A stretch of 34,565 nt of DNA, taken from the IMG/VR virus record IMGVR_UViG_2537562189_000007. One strand, 5' to 3'. Both the position numbers and the translations under genes were made by a program. The stretch comes from a virus (lineage: Duplodnaviria > Heunggongvirae > Uroviricota > Caudoviricetes). Below the pieces are notes generated by a model. That model worked only from the letters and a program-made list of their open reading frames with translations. It did no database searches and was not told the origin of the DNA. Below are positions 18,298 through 26,430 of this stretch, in pieces; within the stretch, counting starts at the first letter, position 1, and each line of letters begins with the position of its first letter.

Positions 18298-19356
18298 TCA
18301 TCCGTTCTGACTGGCTAAATCCTGAACTTCCCTGACCGTCTGCTCAAAACGTTCAGTCTCCAGCTCAACACCAGTTGCACGACGCCCCAGTGCCATCGCG
18401 GCTTTGGCTGTCGAACCCGACCCCATGAAAAAATCTGCAACCAGGTCCCCCGGACGACTGCTCGCGCTGATTATCTGCTGCAGCATTTCTGCCGGTTTTT
18501 CGCACGGATGTTTCCCGGGATAGTACTGCACCGGTTTATGCGTCCACACATCGGTGTACGGCACCTGCGCCGTCACGCCAAAATACCGCCGCTGATGCTT
18601 ATATTCACTCTGCAGTTCCGCATACTGCCGGTTCAGTGAAGTATACGTCTCCAGCAGCTGGTGGTGGGGCTTCTCCAGTTCACCCCGCTGATGCTTCTCT
18701 TCTGCCACCCGGGCAAACAGCGCCTGTAATTTCAGATAATCACTTTCGTTCGGCAGTTGCCACTGACTGGCACTGAACCAGTGCGACACCATGTTTTTCT
18801 TTCCTGTGGCATCCACTATCTGTTTTGCCGTTATCCCCAGGGCAGCACGCGCATCACGAAAGTAAGCAATCAGCGGAGCCATCACATGCTGTTTCAGTGC
18901 CCTGCCCTTCGCCTCATACCCGGCATCTTTCGGACGATACGGCCCCTGATAATGTTCCGCGAACAGAATGCGCTCTGTGGCGGGGAAATACGCCCTCAGG
19001 CTTTCCTTGTTGCACCCGTTCCAGCGTCCGGACGGCTTCGCCCAGATAATATGGTTCAGCACACTGAAGCGTTCACGCATCATGATTTCAATGTCAGATG
19101 CCAGGCGATGGCCACAGAACAGGTAAAGACTTCCGGCAGGTTTCAGCACCCGCCAGAACTGCGCAAGACACTGGTCCAGCCACTTCAGGTAATCATCGTC
19201 GCCCTTCCACTGGTTATCCCAGCCCTCAGGCTTCACTTTAAAGTACGGCGGATCCGTGACTATCAGGTCAACAGAATTTTCGGGTAACGACCGGATAAAT
19301 TCCAGGCAGTCGGCGTTGATTAACTCACAACTGGATATTTTTACAGTGTTAAACAT
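18298..19356 (-). CDS. DNA methyltransferase (N6-adenine/N4-cytosine, beta class)
   Basis: 352 aa with motif IV DPPY near the N-terminus (LIVTDPPY) and AdoMet motif I near the C-terminus (DFFMGSGST). Confidence 0.85.
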   Translation of the reverse strand: MFNTVKISSCELINADCLEFIRSLPENSVDLIVTDPPYFKVKPEGWDNQWKGDDDYLKWLDQCLAQFWRVLKPAGSLYLFCGHRLASDIEIMMRERFSVLNHIIWAKPSGRWNGCNKESLRAYFPATERILFAEHYQGPYRPKDAGYEAKGRALKQHVMAPLIAYFRDARAALGITAKQIVDATGKKNMVSHWFSASQWQLPNESDYLKLQALFARVAEEKHQRGELEKPHHQLLETYTSLNRQYAELQSEYKHQRRYFGVTAQVPYTDVWTHKPVQYYPGKHPCEKPAEMLQQIISASSRPGDLVADFFMGSGSTAKAAMALGRRATGVELETERFEQTVREVQDLASQNG

Positions 19357-19492
19357 GGATCATTAAGCCTGTCTCTGATAGGCTCATTCTGCTTTTGCGC
19401 AAAGCAGTGGGCCTGAGGTTTGCTTGTGATCCAGACGCATGAGCAGATGGCTGGTGAGTGCCCCTAACACCCACCAGCCGCCCATTTACCAC

Positions 19493-19516
19493 AAATAAAA
19501 AAGCCTTCATGACTGA
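19493..19516 (-). terminator. Intrinsic terminator after the 77-aa ORF
   Basis: Minus strand GCCTTCAgtcaTGAAGGC followed by TTTTTT. Confidence 0.45.
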
Positions 19517-19740
19517 AGGCGTCTGTAACAACCGAACTGATAGTCTGCCAGACCCGCCATAACAAGCTGGGTCAGTATTAACTGGCAGCGTTCGCGTGAA
19601 AGGTAAGTATTCTGCGCAATCTCCCCGACTGTCGCCGGTTCGGTGACGCTTAATTCATTAAACACCACTCTGGCGGTTTCGGTCATATCCTGCTGTTTCA
19701 GCATGTCTTTTTCCCTTTTCCGGTTAACGTGACACACCAA
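19507..19740 (-). CDS. Hypothetical small protein, possible winged-helix
   Basis: 77-aa ORF (likely start MLKQQDMTETARVVFNEL...) between the candidate tR' and the methyltransferase. Confidence 0.35.
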   Translation of the reverse strand: MVCHVNRKREKDMLKQQDMTETARVVFNELSVTEPATVGEIAQNTYLSRERCQLILTQLVMAGLADYQFGCYRRLQS

Positions 19741-19826
19741 TAACTCTTGTCAAAAAAGCCAGCAAGCTGAAAGACCGGTATTAATAACCACCTGCACATT
19801 TTATGTACTGGCGTGATTTCAGTCAT

Positions 19827-19851
19827 AAAAAAACCCGCCTGGCGACGGGTG
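19827..19851 (-). terminator. Candidate tR' intrinsic terminator
   Basis: Minus strand CACCCGTCGCCAGGCGGG followed by TTTTTTT, about 70 nt downstream of the candidate late promoter. Confidence 0.5.
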
Positions 19852-19896
19852 TAAAAATCTTCTAACGTCAGGCATAAAACGCCCATCGTTAGGGCA

Positions 19897-19924
19897 AATT
19901 TACCACAGATTCGGGAAAAATCAA
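19897..19924 (-). promoter_or_regulatory. Candidate late promoter pR' (with qut region)
   Basis: Minus strand TTGATT - 16 nt - TGGTAAATT (extended -10 like) directly downstream of the Q-like gene stop. Confidence 0.35.
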
Positions 19925-19929
19925 CAAAG

Positions 19930-20751
19930 CTATCTGGTCACCTTTTTCAGTTGTTGTTCTGCCCATGCTTCTTCAATATCAAACTGCACCACCAGCGTAT
20001 CGTAAAAACGTTTAACTGTTTTTTTCCATGTATCAAGAGATATGGCATCGGTTACATTACATATGGCATTAAATGCCTCCGTTGAAGGTAATCTTTCATA
20101 GCCACGCCCACCACAACGCTGGCAGTTTCTGAAAACCGGCACACCCTGTTTTTCCGACTCTTCACGATGAATGGCAACACCGCGCCCACGACAATCTTTA
20201 CAGGCGGTGGAAACCTCCCCCTTTCCGCCACACTCCGGACAGGCAACTTTTACCACCTCCCTGACTTTTTTCCATTCCTCCCAGTAAGACGGATACACGC
20301 CTTTTGTGCACTTTGCCCACACTGGCGGCTTACCATCCGGATACTGGATCTTGTTTGTAAAAACCTCGCTTTCAATAAATTTTTTTCCGTGACAGCAGGG
20401 GCACTGTTTTTTGCTCGCCGCGCTACGGGCATAATCTTCAAACGCATACGAAGCCATAATACGCATCACTGCCGGTTTTATTTCTGCCGGGAGTTTTCTT
20501 AACGCCGCCACGCGATCACACCGACTGAGTGCATATTCTGTCAGCAATTCTGTTGCCCGCTCTCTGTCATTCATACTAATGCCCATTCTCCCAAGGAACG
20601 CAGAAAACCCCATCTCAGCCCGATTCTGTGTCATGCCCTGCGCGGCCATCACATCAGTGATACTCAGCGCATCTTTTGACGTTGAGGCCGATGCATCAGT
20701 CAGGCCGGGGGATTTTGGGGAGTAGTATTTCGGTAAATCTTCCAGTTTCAT
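19930..20751 (-). CDS. Putative late antiterminator Q-like protein with DnaJ-type zinc-finger repeats
   Basis: 273 aa; position (after rusA and DUF968, before pR'/tR'-like elements and the late genes) matches Q; three CxxCxGxG repeats (CPECGGKG, CKDCRGRG, CQRCGGRG) plus CPCCHG. Confidence 0.55.
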   Translation of the reverse strand: MKLEDLPKYYSPKSPGLTDASASTSKDALSITDVMAAQGMTQNRAEMGFSAFLGRMGISMNDRERATELLTEYALSRCDRVAALRKLPAEIKPAVMRIMASYAFEDYARSAASKKQCPCCHGKKFIESEVFTNKIQYPDGKPPVWAKCTKGVYPSYWEEWKKVREVVKVACPECGGKGEVSTACKDCRGRGVAIHREESEKQGVPVFRNCQRCGGRGYERLPSTEAFNAICNVTDAISLDTWKKTVKRFYDTLVVQFDIEEAWAEQQLKKVTR

Positions 20752-21122
20752 TTTTTGACCTGCCCTTCAAGCATTATGGGGTAAATCTTCACCCCCAGAC
20801 GTCCACCAGATACTGGCTGACCACGTACAATATTGATTTCATCAAACTGTTCATCGTCGATAAGCAGTCCCGCATGCGTCAGCGCATCCAGCGGTGCTTT
20901 CAGAATGTTGTCCAGGTCACGACGACGCTTATCCGGTGGCTCTGCAATAATTTTTATTGCCAGCCGTCCGGACAGGCTTAATTTCAGTCGCTGCTGGCGA
21001 ACAATAAACGCCACTGCCCGGCGATAACGCTCCCCGGCTTTTGATACAAAATATGTGCTGCCACGACGTCGCCAGTAAGTATTCACCGTCGGCGGGTAAG
21101 GCAAAACAAACTCTATACACAT
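20748..21122 (-). CDS. rusA: Holliday junction resolvase RusA
   Basis: RusA-like sequence (LPYPPTVNTYW..., PPDKRRRDLDNILKAPLDALTHAGLLIDDEQ); ATG at 21122 preceded by AAGGGGGG. Confidence 0.8.
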   Translation of the reverse strand: MCIEFVLPYPPTVNTYWRRRGSTYFVSKAGERYRRAVAFIVRQQRLKLSLSGRLAIKIIAEPPDKRRRDLDNILKAPLDALTHAGLLIDDEQFDEINIVRGQPVSGGRLGVKIYPIMLEGQVKK

Positions 21123-21135
21123 CAATACCCCCCTT

Positions 21136-22185
21136 TTACCCAAGCACACCGGTTGCAAAGGCGTGATCAAGAAAACGAAAAATTAAATCAACCTGAGAAC
21201 CATGCTTTTCTTCGAACGCCAGCGGATCCGCATGAAGCTCGTTATGATGCTCCCGACACAGCGGTAGCGTGAAAATATCGTGGGCTTTTGTTCCCATTCC
21301 CCCCTGACCATGACCAATCAGGTGATGCGGATCGTCAGCTGGCTTACCACAACACGCACACGGCTGTGTCTTTACCCAGCGCGTGTATTTCTCATTAACC
21401 CAACGGCGATGTTTAGGCCGCTTCATAAACGATTCAGGAGACTCCGGATCAACGGCGATACTGGCAACCGTTTTTTTCTGTGGTGGATTTTGTTGCTGGT
21501 GGACGTGAAGTGGCAGCGCAATATTTTTTGTGCGCTGCTTCAGTATGCTGATGGCTGTCTGTTCTCCCGGTACGATGTCACTCTCACGGTATACGGAGCG
21601 GATTTTTTCCACCGGTAATCCCAGCGAACGACGCGCTACTGCCTCAGGTAGTGCATCCACCACCTGATTGCAGGCCGCCCACCAGGATAATTCGGCCAGC
21701 GATAACTCCCTCTCCTGCGTACCGTTTATTGCGTGACGTATAACATCAATCATCCAGACTGCCAGATTCTGCTGAGCAAGTTGATCGAGTGATTCTGATG
21801 TCTGGTCGCGCAGCTGGTTGTCACAGTGCCAGCACAACACCATCGCGCCGGTACCGTAACGGTGAATGACGGTTTCGCTGTGATGATAATCGCCGTGTGG
21901 CCACTGGCAGGATTTCACGTGACGTAATAACCAGTCAGACAGTGCACCTGCACCACCTGCTGCACGAATAACCCGCTCATCGCTGAAAAATGGCAGTAAT
22001 GTTTTATCCTCTGCCAGCGGCTGGCGAACGGCAGGAACGACTCCGGACGGCAGACCGCGCATGTTTTTCGGTTCCGGCTCCACCAATATTCTGCCGTTAT
22101 GGAATGCTGACATTGATTCACGGCCCGGCTTAAGGAGCACCATCCCGAGTTCCGGTACCAGAACAGGTCGAAGTAATACCCGCAC
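21136..22185 (-). CDS. DUF968-family phage protein with C-terminal HNH-like zinc motif
   Basis: 349 aa; C-terminus CACCGKPADDPHHLIGHGQGGMGTKAHDIFTLPLCREHHNELH; GTG start preceded by GGAGG. Confidence 0.6.
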   Translation of the reverse strand: MRVLLRPVLVPELGMVLLKPGRESMSAFHNGRILVEPEPKNMRGLPSGVVPAVRQPLAEDKTLLPFFSDERVIRAAGGAGALSDWLLRHVKSCQWPHGDYHHSETVIHRYGTGAMVLCWHCDNQLRDQTSESLDQLAQQNLAVWMIDVIRHAINGTQERELSLAELSWWAACNQVVDALPEAVARRSLGLPVEKIRSVYRESDIVPGEQTAISILKQRTKNIALPLHVHQQQNPPQKKTVASIAVDPESPESFMKRPKHRRWVNEKYTRWVKTQPCACCGKPADDPHHLIGHGQGGMGTKAHDIFTLPLCREHHNELHADPLAFEEKHGSQVDLIFRFLDHAFATGVLG

Positions 22186-22186
22186 G

Positions 22187-22519
22187 TTACCTCCAGATAC
22201 GCTGCTGGAATGTGCGGGACGGACGCGGTGGGCGTTCGGAATAAGGGAGCCTGACGGAGATTATCCAGTGACGACGATCGAAGCTGAGATCTTTCTGAAA
22301 CTCGTAACCACGTCTGCGGTAGCACTGGATCAGCCATTCGGCCTGTTCTTCAGTGCATGGGTCATGCTGGAACCAGTCAGATTTGAATGCATGAGAACGC
22401 CGCCCGTGCCTGCTGGCAGGGGCGGCGGAGTTATCCGAATTGTGTAATTTGGTATCTTGCGCCATCGGTTGTCTCTGCTGGCGCAGCAGGTGCCAGTTGT
22501 TCAGGCTGGCGTGCGGCAA
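22187..22519 (-). CDS. Hypothetical nin-region protein
   Basis: 110-aa ORF abutting the DUF968 gene; no confident motif. Confidence 0.35.
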   Translation of the reverse strand: MPHASLNNWHLLRQQRQPMAQDTKLHNSDNSAAPASRHGRRSHAFKSDWFQHDPCTEEQAEWLIQCYRRRGYEFQKDLSFDRRHWIISVRLPYSERPPRPSRTFQQRIWR

Positions 22520-22537
22520 TATTGTCTCTGATTTCTG

Positions 22538-22565
22538 TTGTCGTCAACAGGCAGCGTGCTATCAT
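22538..22565 (+). promoter_or_regulatory. Candidate sigma70 promoter for the parDE moron
   Basis: TTGTCG - 16 nt - TATCAT about 35 nt upstream of the ParD ATG. Confidence 0.3.
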
Positions 22566-22600
22566 CGAATAGTGTTCTATCCTACTCCGTGAGGTTTACC

Positions 22601-22858
22601 ATGCGTACAACCCAACAATTCAGCATTACATTAACTAACGAGATGGCTGACATGGTGCGCGCCCGTGTGGCTTCCGGTGCCTATGCTTCAGAAAGCGAGG
22701 TCATTCGTGAAGGGCTTCGCGCACTGAATGAGCGCGATAAAGCAATCGAAGCGTGGTTAACGCATTCAGCCGCCCCCTCTCTTGATTCTATCCGCGAAAA
22801 CCCAAACAACGGACGCTCCATTTCACAGGTTCGCGCCGCGATTCGATCCGGGAAGTAA
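22601..22858 (+). CDS. parD: ParD-family antitoxin (RHH)
   Basis: 85 aa from ATG 22601 (GAGG 6 nt upstream); FSITLTNEMADMVRARVASGAYASESEVIREGLRAL matches the ParD/COG3609 pattern. Confidence 0.75.
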   Translation: MRTTQQFSITLTNEMADMVRARVASGAYASESEVIREGLRALNERDKAIEAWLTHSAAPSLDSIRENPNNGRSISQVRAAIRSGK

Positions 22859-22863
22859 TCTGC

Positions 22864-23163
22864 ATGACATATGAAGTCATCATTACTCCTGAGGCCGAAC
22901 AACAAATAATCAACCTGCACAGATATATAACGGAGAAAGCAGGGAACATCATTGCTGACAATTATGCCAATGCGCTTCTTGATTATCTTGATGGGTTTTC
23001 TACATTCCCGCATCGGGGCAATAAACGCGATGATATTCGCCAGGGGATGCGGGTAACTCATTTCCGCCACAGAACGATTATTGCTTTTGCCGTTGATGGC
23101 AGAAAAGTCTTTATTGTCGGTATCTATCATGGTGGGCAAAGTTATGAAACCGATTTCTTATAA
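22864..23163 (+). CDS. parE: ParE/RelE-family toxin
   Basis: 99 aa, starts 5 nt after ParD stop; ParE-like sequence (VIITPEAEQQIINLHRYI...FIVGIYHGGQ). Confidence 0.75.
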   Translation: MTYEVIITPEAEQQIINLHRYITEKAGNIIADNYANALLDYLDGFSTFPHRGNKRDDIRQGMRVTHFRHRTIIAFAVDGRKVFIVGIYHGGQSYETDFL

Positions 23164-23244
23164 ACTTTTACCCACATCATTCCGGTGTTAGAATAAACCG
23201 TCTGCCCCTCTCTTACTGCGGATTCGTAGGCTATATAAATCAAA

Positions 23245-23278
23245 GATCCCGGCTCATGTTTGTGGCGGGATCTTTTTT
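23245..23278 (+). terminator. Intrinsic terminator after parE
   Basis: GATCCCG - 14-nt loop - CGGGATC followed by TTTTTT. Confidence 0.55.
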
Positions 23279-23285
23279 CGGCGAT

Positions 23286-23369
23286 TTATCCCCAGCGGCA
23301 AATCGAATACACCACCAGCGCCACCGCCATTGCAATACCAACATTTGAGAAGGCCTCAGGCCAGCTCAT
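23286..23369 (-). CDS. Small hydrophobic peptide (27 aa)
   Basis: ATG overlaps the DUF551 stop (caATGAgc) with AAGGAGG 7 nt upstream; MSWPEAFSNVGIAMAVALVVYSICRWG. Confidence 0.25.
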   Translation of the reverse strand: MSWPEAFSNVGIAMAVALVVYSICRWG

Positions 23370-23719
23370 TGGCGCACCTCCTTCGGCGGTTCTGGTAGCG
23401 GCATCCAGTGTGTGGCTTCACACACGATAGGCGCACCGAAACACTGCGCATACTGGAAGTCACCCGTATTATCCAGGTTAAAACCTGTAAACTGTTCACC
23501 CGTGCTGGACACAAACAGTAGTACATCAACACCAACTGGCGGCATTCGCTCACTACAGCTTATCCAACCATCCGGAGTTACCGGAGAATTGCCAGCCTTG
23601 CGCATGGCAATCTCCATGATTTCAACCATATCCCTTGGTGGAATTTTACAATGCTGACCAGTATGCTTCTGCTGCCTGGCATATTCGAGGATGTGCTCCA
23701 GCTTGATACGATTAATCAT
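23366..23719 (-). CDS. DUF551-family phage protein
   Basis: 117 aa ending ...CEATHWMPLPEPP, the characteristic DUF551 C-terminal pattern. Confidence 0.55.
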   Translation of the reverse strand: MINRIKLEHILEYARQQKHTGQHCKIPPRDMVEIMEIAMRKAGNSPVTPDGWISCSERMPPVGVDVLLFVSSTGEQFTGFNLDNTGDFQYAQCFGAPIVCEATHWMPLPEPPKEVRQ

Positions 23720-24069
23720 GATTTATCTCCCTGAAGCATGGCTTCGCGGCAGTCGTTCCAGCCTTCAGCATAATCACTATATGCAAGAGGCCAACCGTTT
23801 CTGTATTCACGCGGCAACTTACTAGGCACTGGCGGGGCGGCGTAAAGCTGGTGCGTTCCATCAGGCAGCGAGTGACCAACATACTCACCGAACCCGTCAA
23901 CACACATGCCCCCATCTTCAATAATACATGAAGCTACAGGCTTCGCTTCCAGCGATGCCAGCGCGATAAGCGCCAGCTCACGAATTTCACCGCCGTCTAT
24001 ATCGTCAATGTCATCGCGGCCAGAAATGTTAGCCAGCCATTGCAGTCGCTCTTTGGTAATAGTGGTCAT
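23716..24069 (-). CDS. Hypothetical phage protein
   Basis: 117-aa ORF translationally coupled to neighbours. Confidence 0.45.
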   Translation of the reverse strand: MTTITKERLQWLANISGRDDIDDIDGGEIRELALIALASLEAKPVASCIIEDGGMCVDGFGEYVGHSLPDGTHQLYAAPPVPSKLPREYRNGWPLAYSDYAEGWNDCREAMLQGDKS

Positions 24070-24070
24070 C

Positions 24071-24415
24071 TCACTCTCCTTCTATGCGAATACCAGCAGC
24101 AGTCAGTGCGGCATTGACCTCATCAGCGTAGTAGTACGTTAATCCACTTGATGATTTAGCCAGCTTGAATGGTTCTGGTAACTTCACTATGCGGGACTCC
24201 TGCTCGTCGATACGCTGTTTTGCTTCCTCCAGTTCATCCAGCAAATCAGCGATAATATCCACTTCACGATGACGGATTTCACGCTTAAACGCAGCCAAAG
24301 CTGCATCACAATCCTGCTCAGCGTTTGGACTGTCTGGTTTCTCCTGATACCACGCCAGCATCGACTGATAGTTTTGTGCCGCCTCACGCAGCGCCTGATA
24401 ATTAATCCCACTCAC
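24071..24415 (-). CDS. Hypothetical coiled-coil protein
   Basis: GTG at 24415 preceded by AGGAGG; ORF track start 24442 would overlap the DUF4406 gene. Confidence 0.4.
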   Translation of the reverse strand: MSGINYQALREAAQNYQSMLAWYQEKPDSPNAEQDCDAALAAFKREIRHREVDIIADLLDELEEAKQRIDEQESRIVKLPEPFKLAKSSSGLTYYYADEVNAALTAAGIRIEGE

Positions 24416-24707
24416 TGGTTGCCTCCTGGAAAATAACTGCATGCCCCAGTTTCTCCGCCAGTGCCAGTTCTGCCTTAGCGCCTGCCGACCGCTGCCAGCC
24501 TTTCAGCATATAAACCGCATCCACACAACGAATCATTGCCATGCAAATATCCATGTAATGTGGCTGAGTCAGCCCGTCCGGAAGTACTGACGGGTTTAAA
24601 ACGGTATGCCCTTCCCGTTTCAGTGCTTCTTCCGCCTTGTGAAATGCCTCGCGGTTGAAATTTTCATATCCCGTCATTGGACCGGCGATATAAATTCTCA
24701 CCCTCAC
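24402..24707 (-). CDS. DUF4406 / nucleoside 2-deoxyribosyltransferase-like protein
   Basis: 101 aa, VRIYIAGPMTGYENFNREAF... pattern; GTG start preceded by AGGAGGG. Confidence 0.55.
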   Translation of the reverse strand: MRVRIYIAGPMTGYENFNREAFHKAEEALKREGHTVLNPSVLPDGLTQPHYMDICMAMIRCVDAVYMLKGWQRSAGAKAELALAEKLGHAVIFQEATSEWD

Positions 24708-24958
24708 GCCTGAACCCTCCTGTCGAAATAAACGTAGTTATTCACTATGCGCAGCGGCATGCCTAATTTTCTGGCAATTTCCCTTCTTTGCATGCCTCTC
24801 TGATGCAGTTGCCGCGCCTGCTCAATATCACGCTGAGAATATTTTGCTGACTGGTGAAAATCACCACGTAACATCATGCTGATGCCCAACTCCCGTGCCT
24901 TCGTTCTCACTGCCGCTTCAGTTCGTCCGATAAGTGCGCCAATGCTTTTTACCTTCAT
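24704..24958 (-). CDS. Small HTH DNA-binding protein
   Basis: Internal ATG 24958 (MKVKSIGALIGRTEAAVRTKARELG...RREIARKLGMPLRIVNNYV), two HTH-like segments. Confidence 0.4.
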   Translation of the reverse strand: MKVKSIGALIGRTEAAVRTKARELGISMMLRGDFHQSAKYSQRDIEQARQLHQRGMQRREIARKLGMPLRIVNNYVYFDRRVQA

Positions 24959-25017
24959 TGTTCCCGCGCACTGCCGGAGTATCAGAATTTCAGCCCGGCA
25001 CCACGTCTTCCACCCAC

Positions 25018-25734
25018 TCACCGCTGCTGTTCTCTGGTGGCGGTAATATCCCGGAGAATATCCCGGCACTTGTTCAGCTCCCGCAGCGCGGCGCAGACTC
25101 GCTCCCACTTCTGAACCTGACCTTTTGCCCGGCGCAGCTCGCGGTTAGCCACATGCAGCGATGGTAGAATCAGGTCATCTGCTTTCGTTTCGGTGACCGA
25201 TGGCTGTAACTTCACAATGTCTTCCACGATTTCTGTTTTCATTTCTTCCTGTGTCGTCGTTTCCTGGACTGGTAACGCAACACCTGCTGGCTGAGGAAAG
25301 GCTTTACCATCGGTTTCCGCTACGGATGCAGCTTCCGGCTCTGCCGGTAAATCAGCGCCCGGTATGCAGTAACGAAATTTACCGCCCTGATTTACGCGAA
25401 TCAGACGCCCTTTGCTGATTGCCATGGCCAGCGATGAATTCGCCCGGCGGGAGGTAATCCCGAACATAAGTGCCAGCTCATCCGCCGTTTGTGGGCCATG
25501 TTGTTCAATCGCCTCAGTCAGCATTTGCGCTGTCACTTTCGGTACCGGTGACACTGGTTCACTTTCACCTGCCTGAGTCAGCCACCACATCGACCCCTTG
25601 TTATCCGCTTCACCACGGCGCTTCAGTTTCCACAGTTCGTTGACCGCATCTTCACGGCTGATTCCAAGGCGGGCCGCCACTACCTGTGAAGAGGCTCTTT
25701 TCAGTGCTTTCAGTGCGTCAAATACGGTTTCCAT
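25018..25734 (-). CDS. Hypothetical phage protein with N-terminal winged-helix-like region
   Basis: ATG 25734 preceded by GGAGGAAA ([31 protein letters not shown]...); C-terminal coiled coil. Confidence 0.45.
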   Translation of the reverse strand: METVFDALKALKRASSQVVAARLGISREDAVNELWKLKRRGEADNKGSMWWLTQAGESEPVSPVPKVTAQMLTEAIEQHGPQTADELALMFGITSRRANSSLAMAISKGRLIRVNQGGKFRYCIPGADLPAEPEAASVAETDGKAFPQPAGVALPVQETTTQEEMKTEIVEDIVKLQPSVTETKADDLILPSLHVANRELRRAKGQVQKWERVCAALRELNKCRDILRDITATREQQR

Positions 25735-25767
25735 TAAAATTTCCTCCGACAAAATCGTTTCCCAGAT

Positions 25768-26430
25768 TCAAATAAAACCAGCAGCCTTCCGGCGTTCGTA
25801 TTCCTGTTTCAGCCGTTCAATTGGCGTTGGCCCTTGCGGGTGTTTCGCCCCTTCCAGTTGTCGTCGCACTGGCGGAACACTCATCCCGTTACCAACATGC
25901 TTTGCCCATTTCGTCAGTTGCCGTTCCGCAAGTCGTTTTAACTCACCCTGCGTCATCTGGCGCTCAATCCCTCTGGTACGCATTTCGAGGCAGATGTGGT
26001 ACAGCACAGGCTGTGGCCACGGGTATTTATCACTCCCGTCGTATCGCCAGGATTCATTGCGCCAGCGCCGGTACTCTTCCATCACGGCATCCACCGTAAG
26101 ACCAAATGGATTTGCCCCACTCTCCGAAATCAGTGCAACAAACTCAGCCAGGTCCGGGGGCCACGTTTCACCCGCCCGGCAGCGGTCCATGCACTGACGG
26201 CAGACCAGACGGATTTGCTGTTCAGTCATCGCACCAATCTGGGCAATCCAGAGCTTCGAAGGTGCGGCCCCGTTCTTCTGAGTCCAGCGGTTCGAATACA
26301 CCTCCCCCATAAGCTCCCACAGCTTCCAGGCCGTTTCCGTTGCTGATAAATCCGTTGTCACGTTCCCACTGTTCGCGTGCTGCCCGGATTTCCTGAACTG
26401 CCCGTGATGCCGTGCCACCTGATGCTGCAT
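25768..26430 (-). CDS. Replication protein P-like (helicase loader)
   Basis: 220-aa ORF downstream of the O-like gene with lambda P-like segments (YPWPQPVLYHICLEMRTRGIERQMTQGELKRLAERQ); start uncertain because the first ~70 codons overlap the O-like gene. Confidence 0.55.
   Translation of the reverse strand: MQHQVARHHGQFRKSGQHANSGNVTTDLSATETAWKLWELMGEVYSNRWTQKNGAAPSKLWIAQIGAMTEQQIRLVCRQCMDRCRAGETWPPDLAEFVALISESGANPFGLTVDAVMEEYRRWRNESWRYDGSDKYPWPQPVLYHICLEMRTRGIERQMTQGELKRLAERQLTKWAKHVGNGMSVPPVRRQLEGAKHPQGPTPIERLKQEYERRKAAGFI

Noticed and set aside
25598-26197. 199-aa plus-strand ORF
   Set aside because: Antisense to the P-like replication gene; Ser/Arg/Cys-rich, no start-site support.
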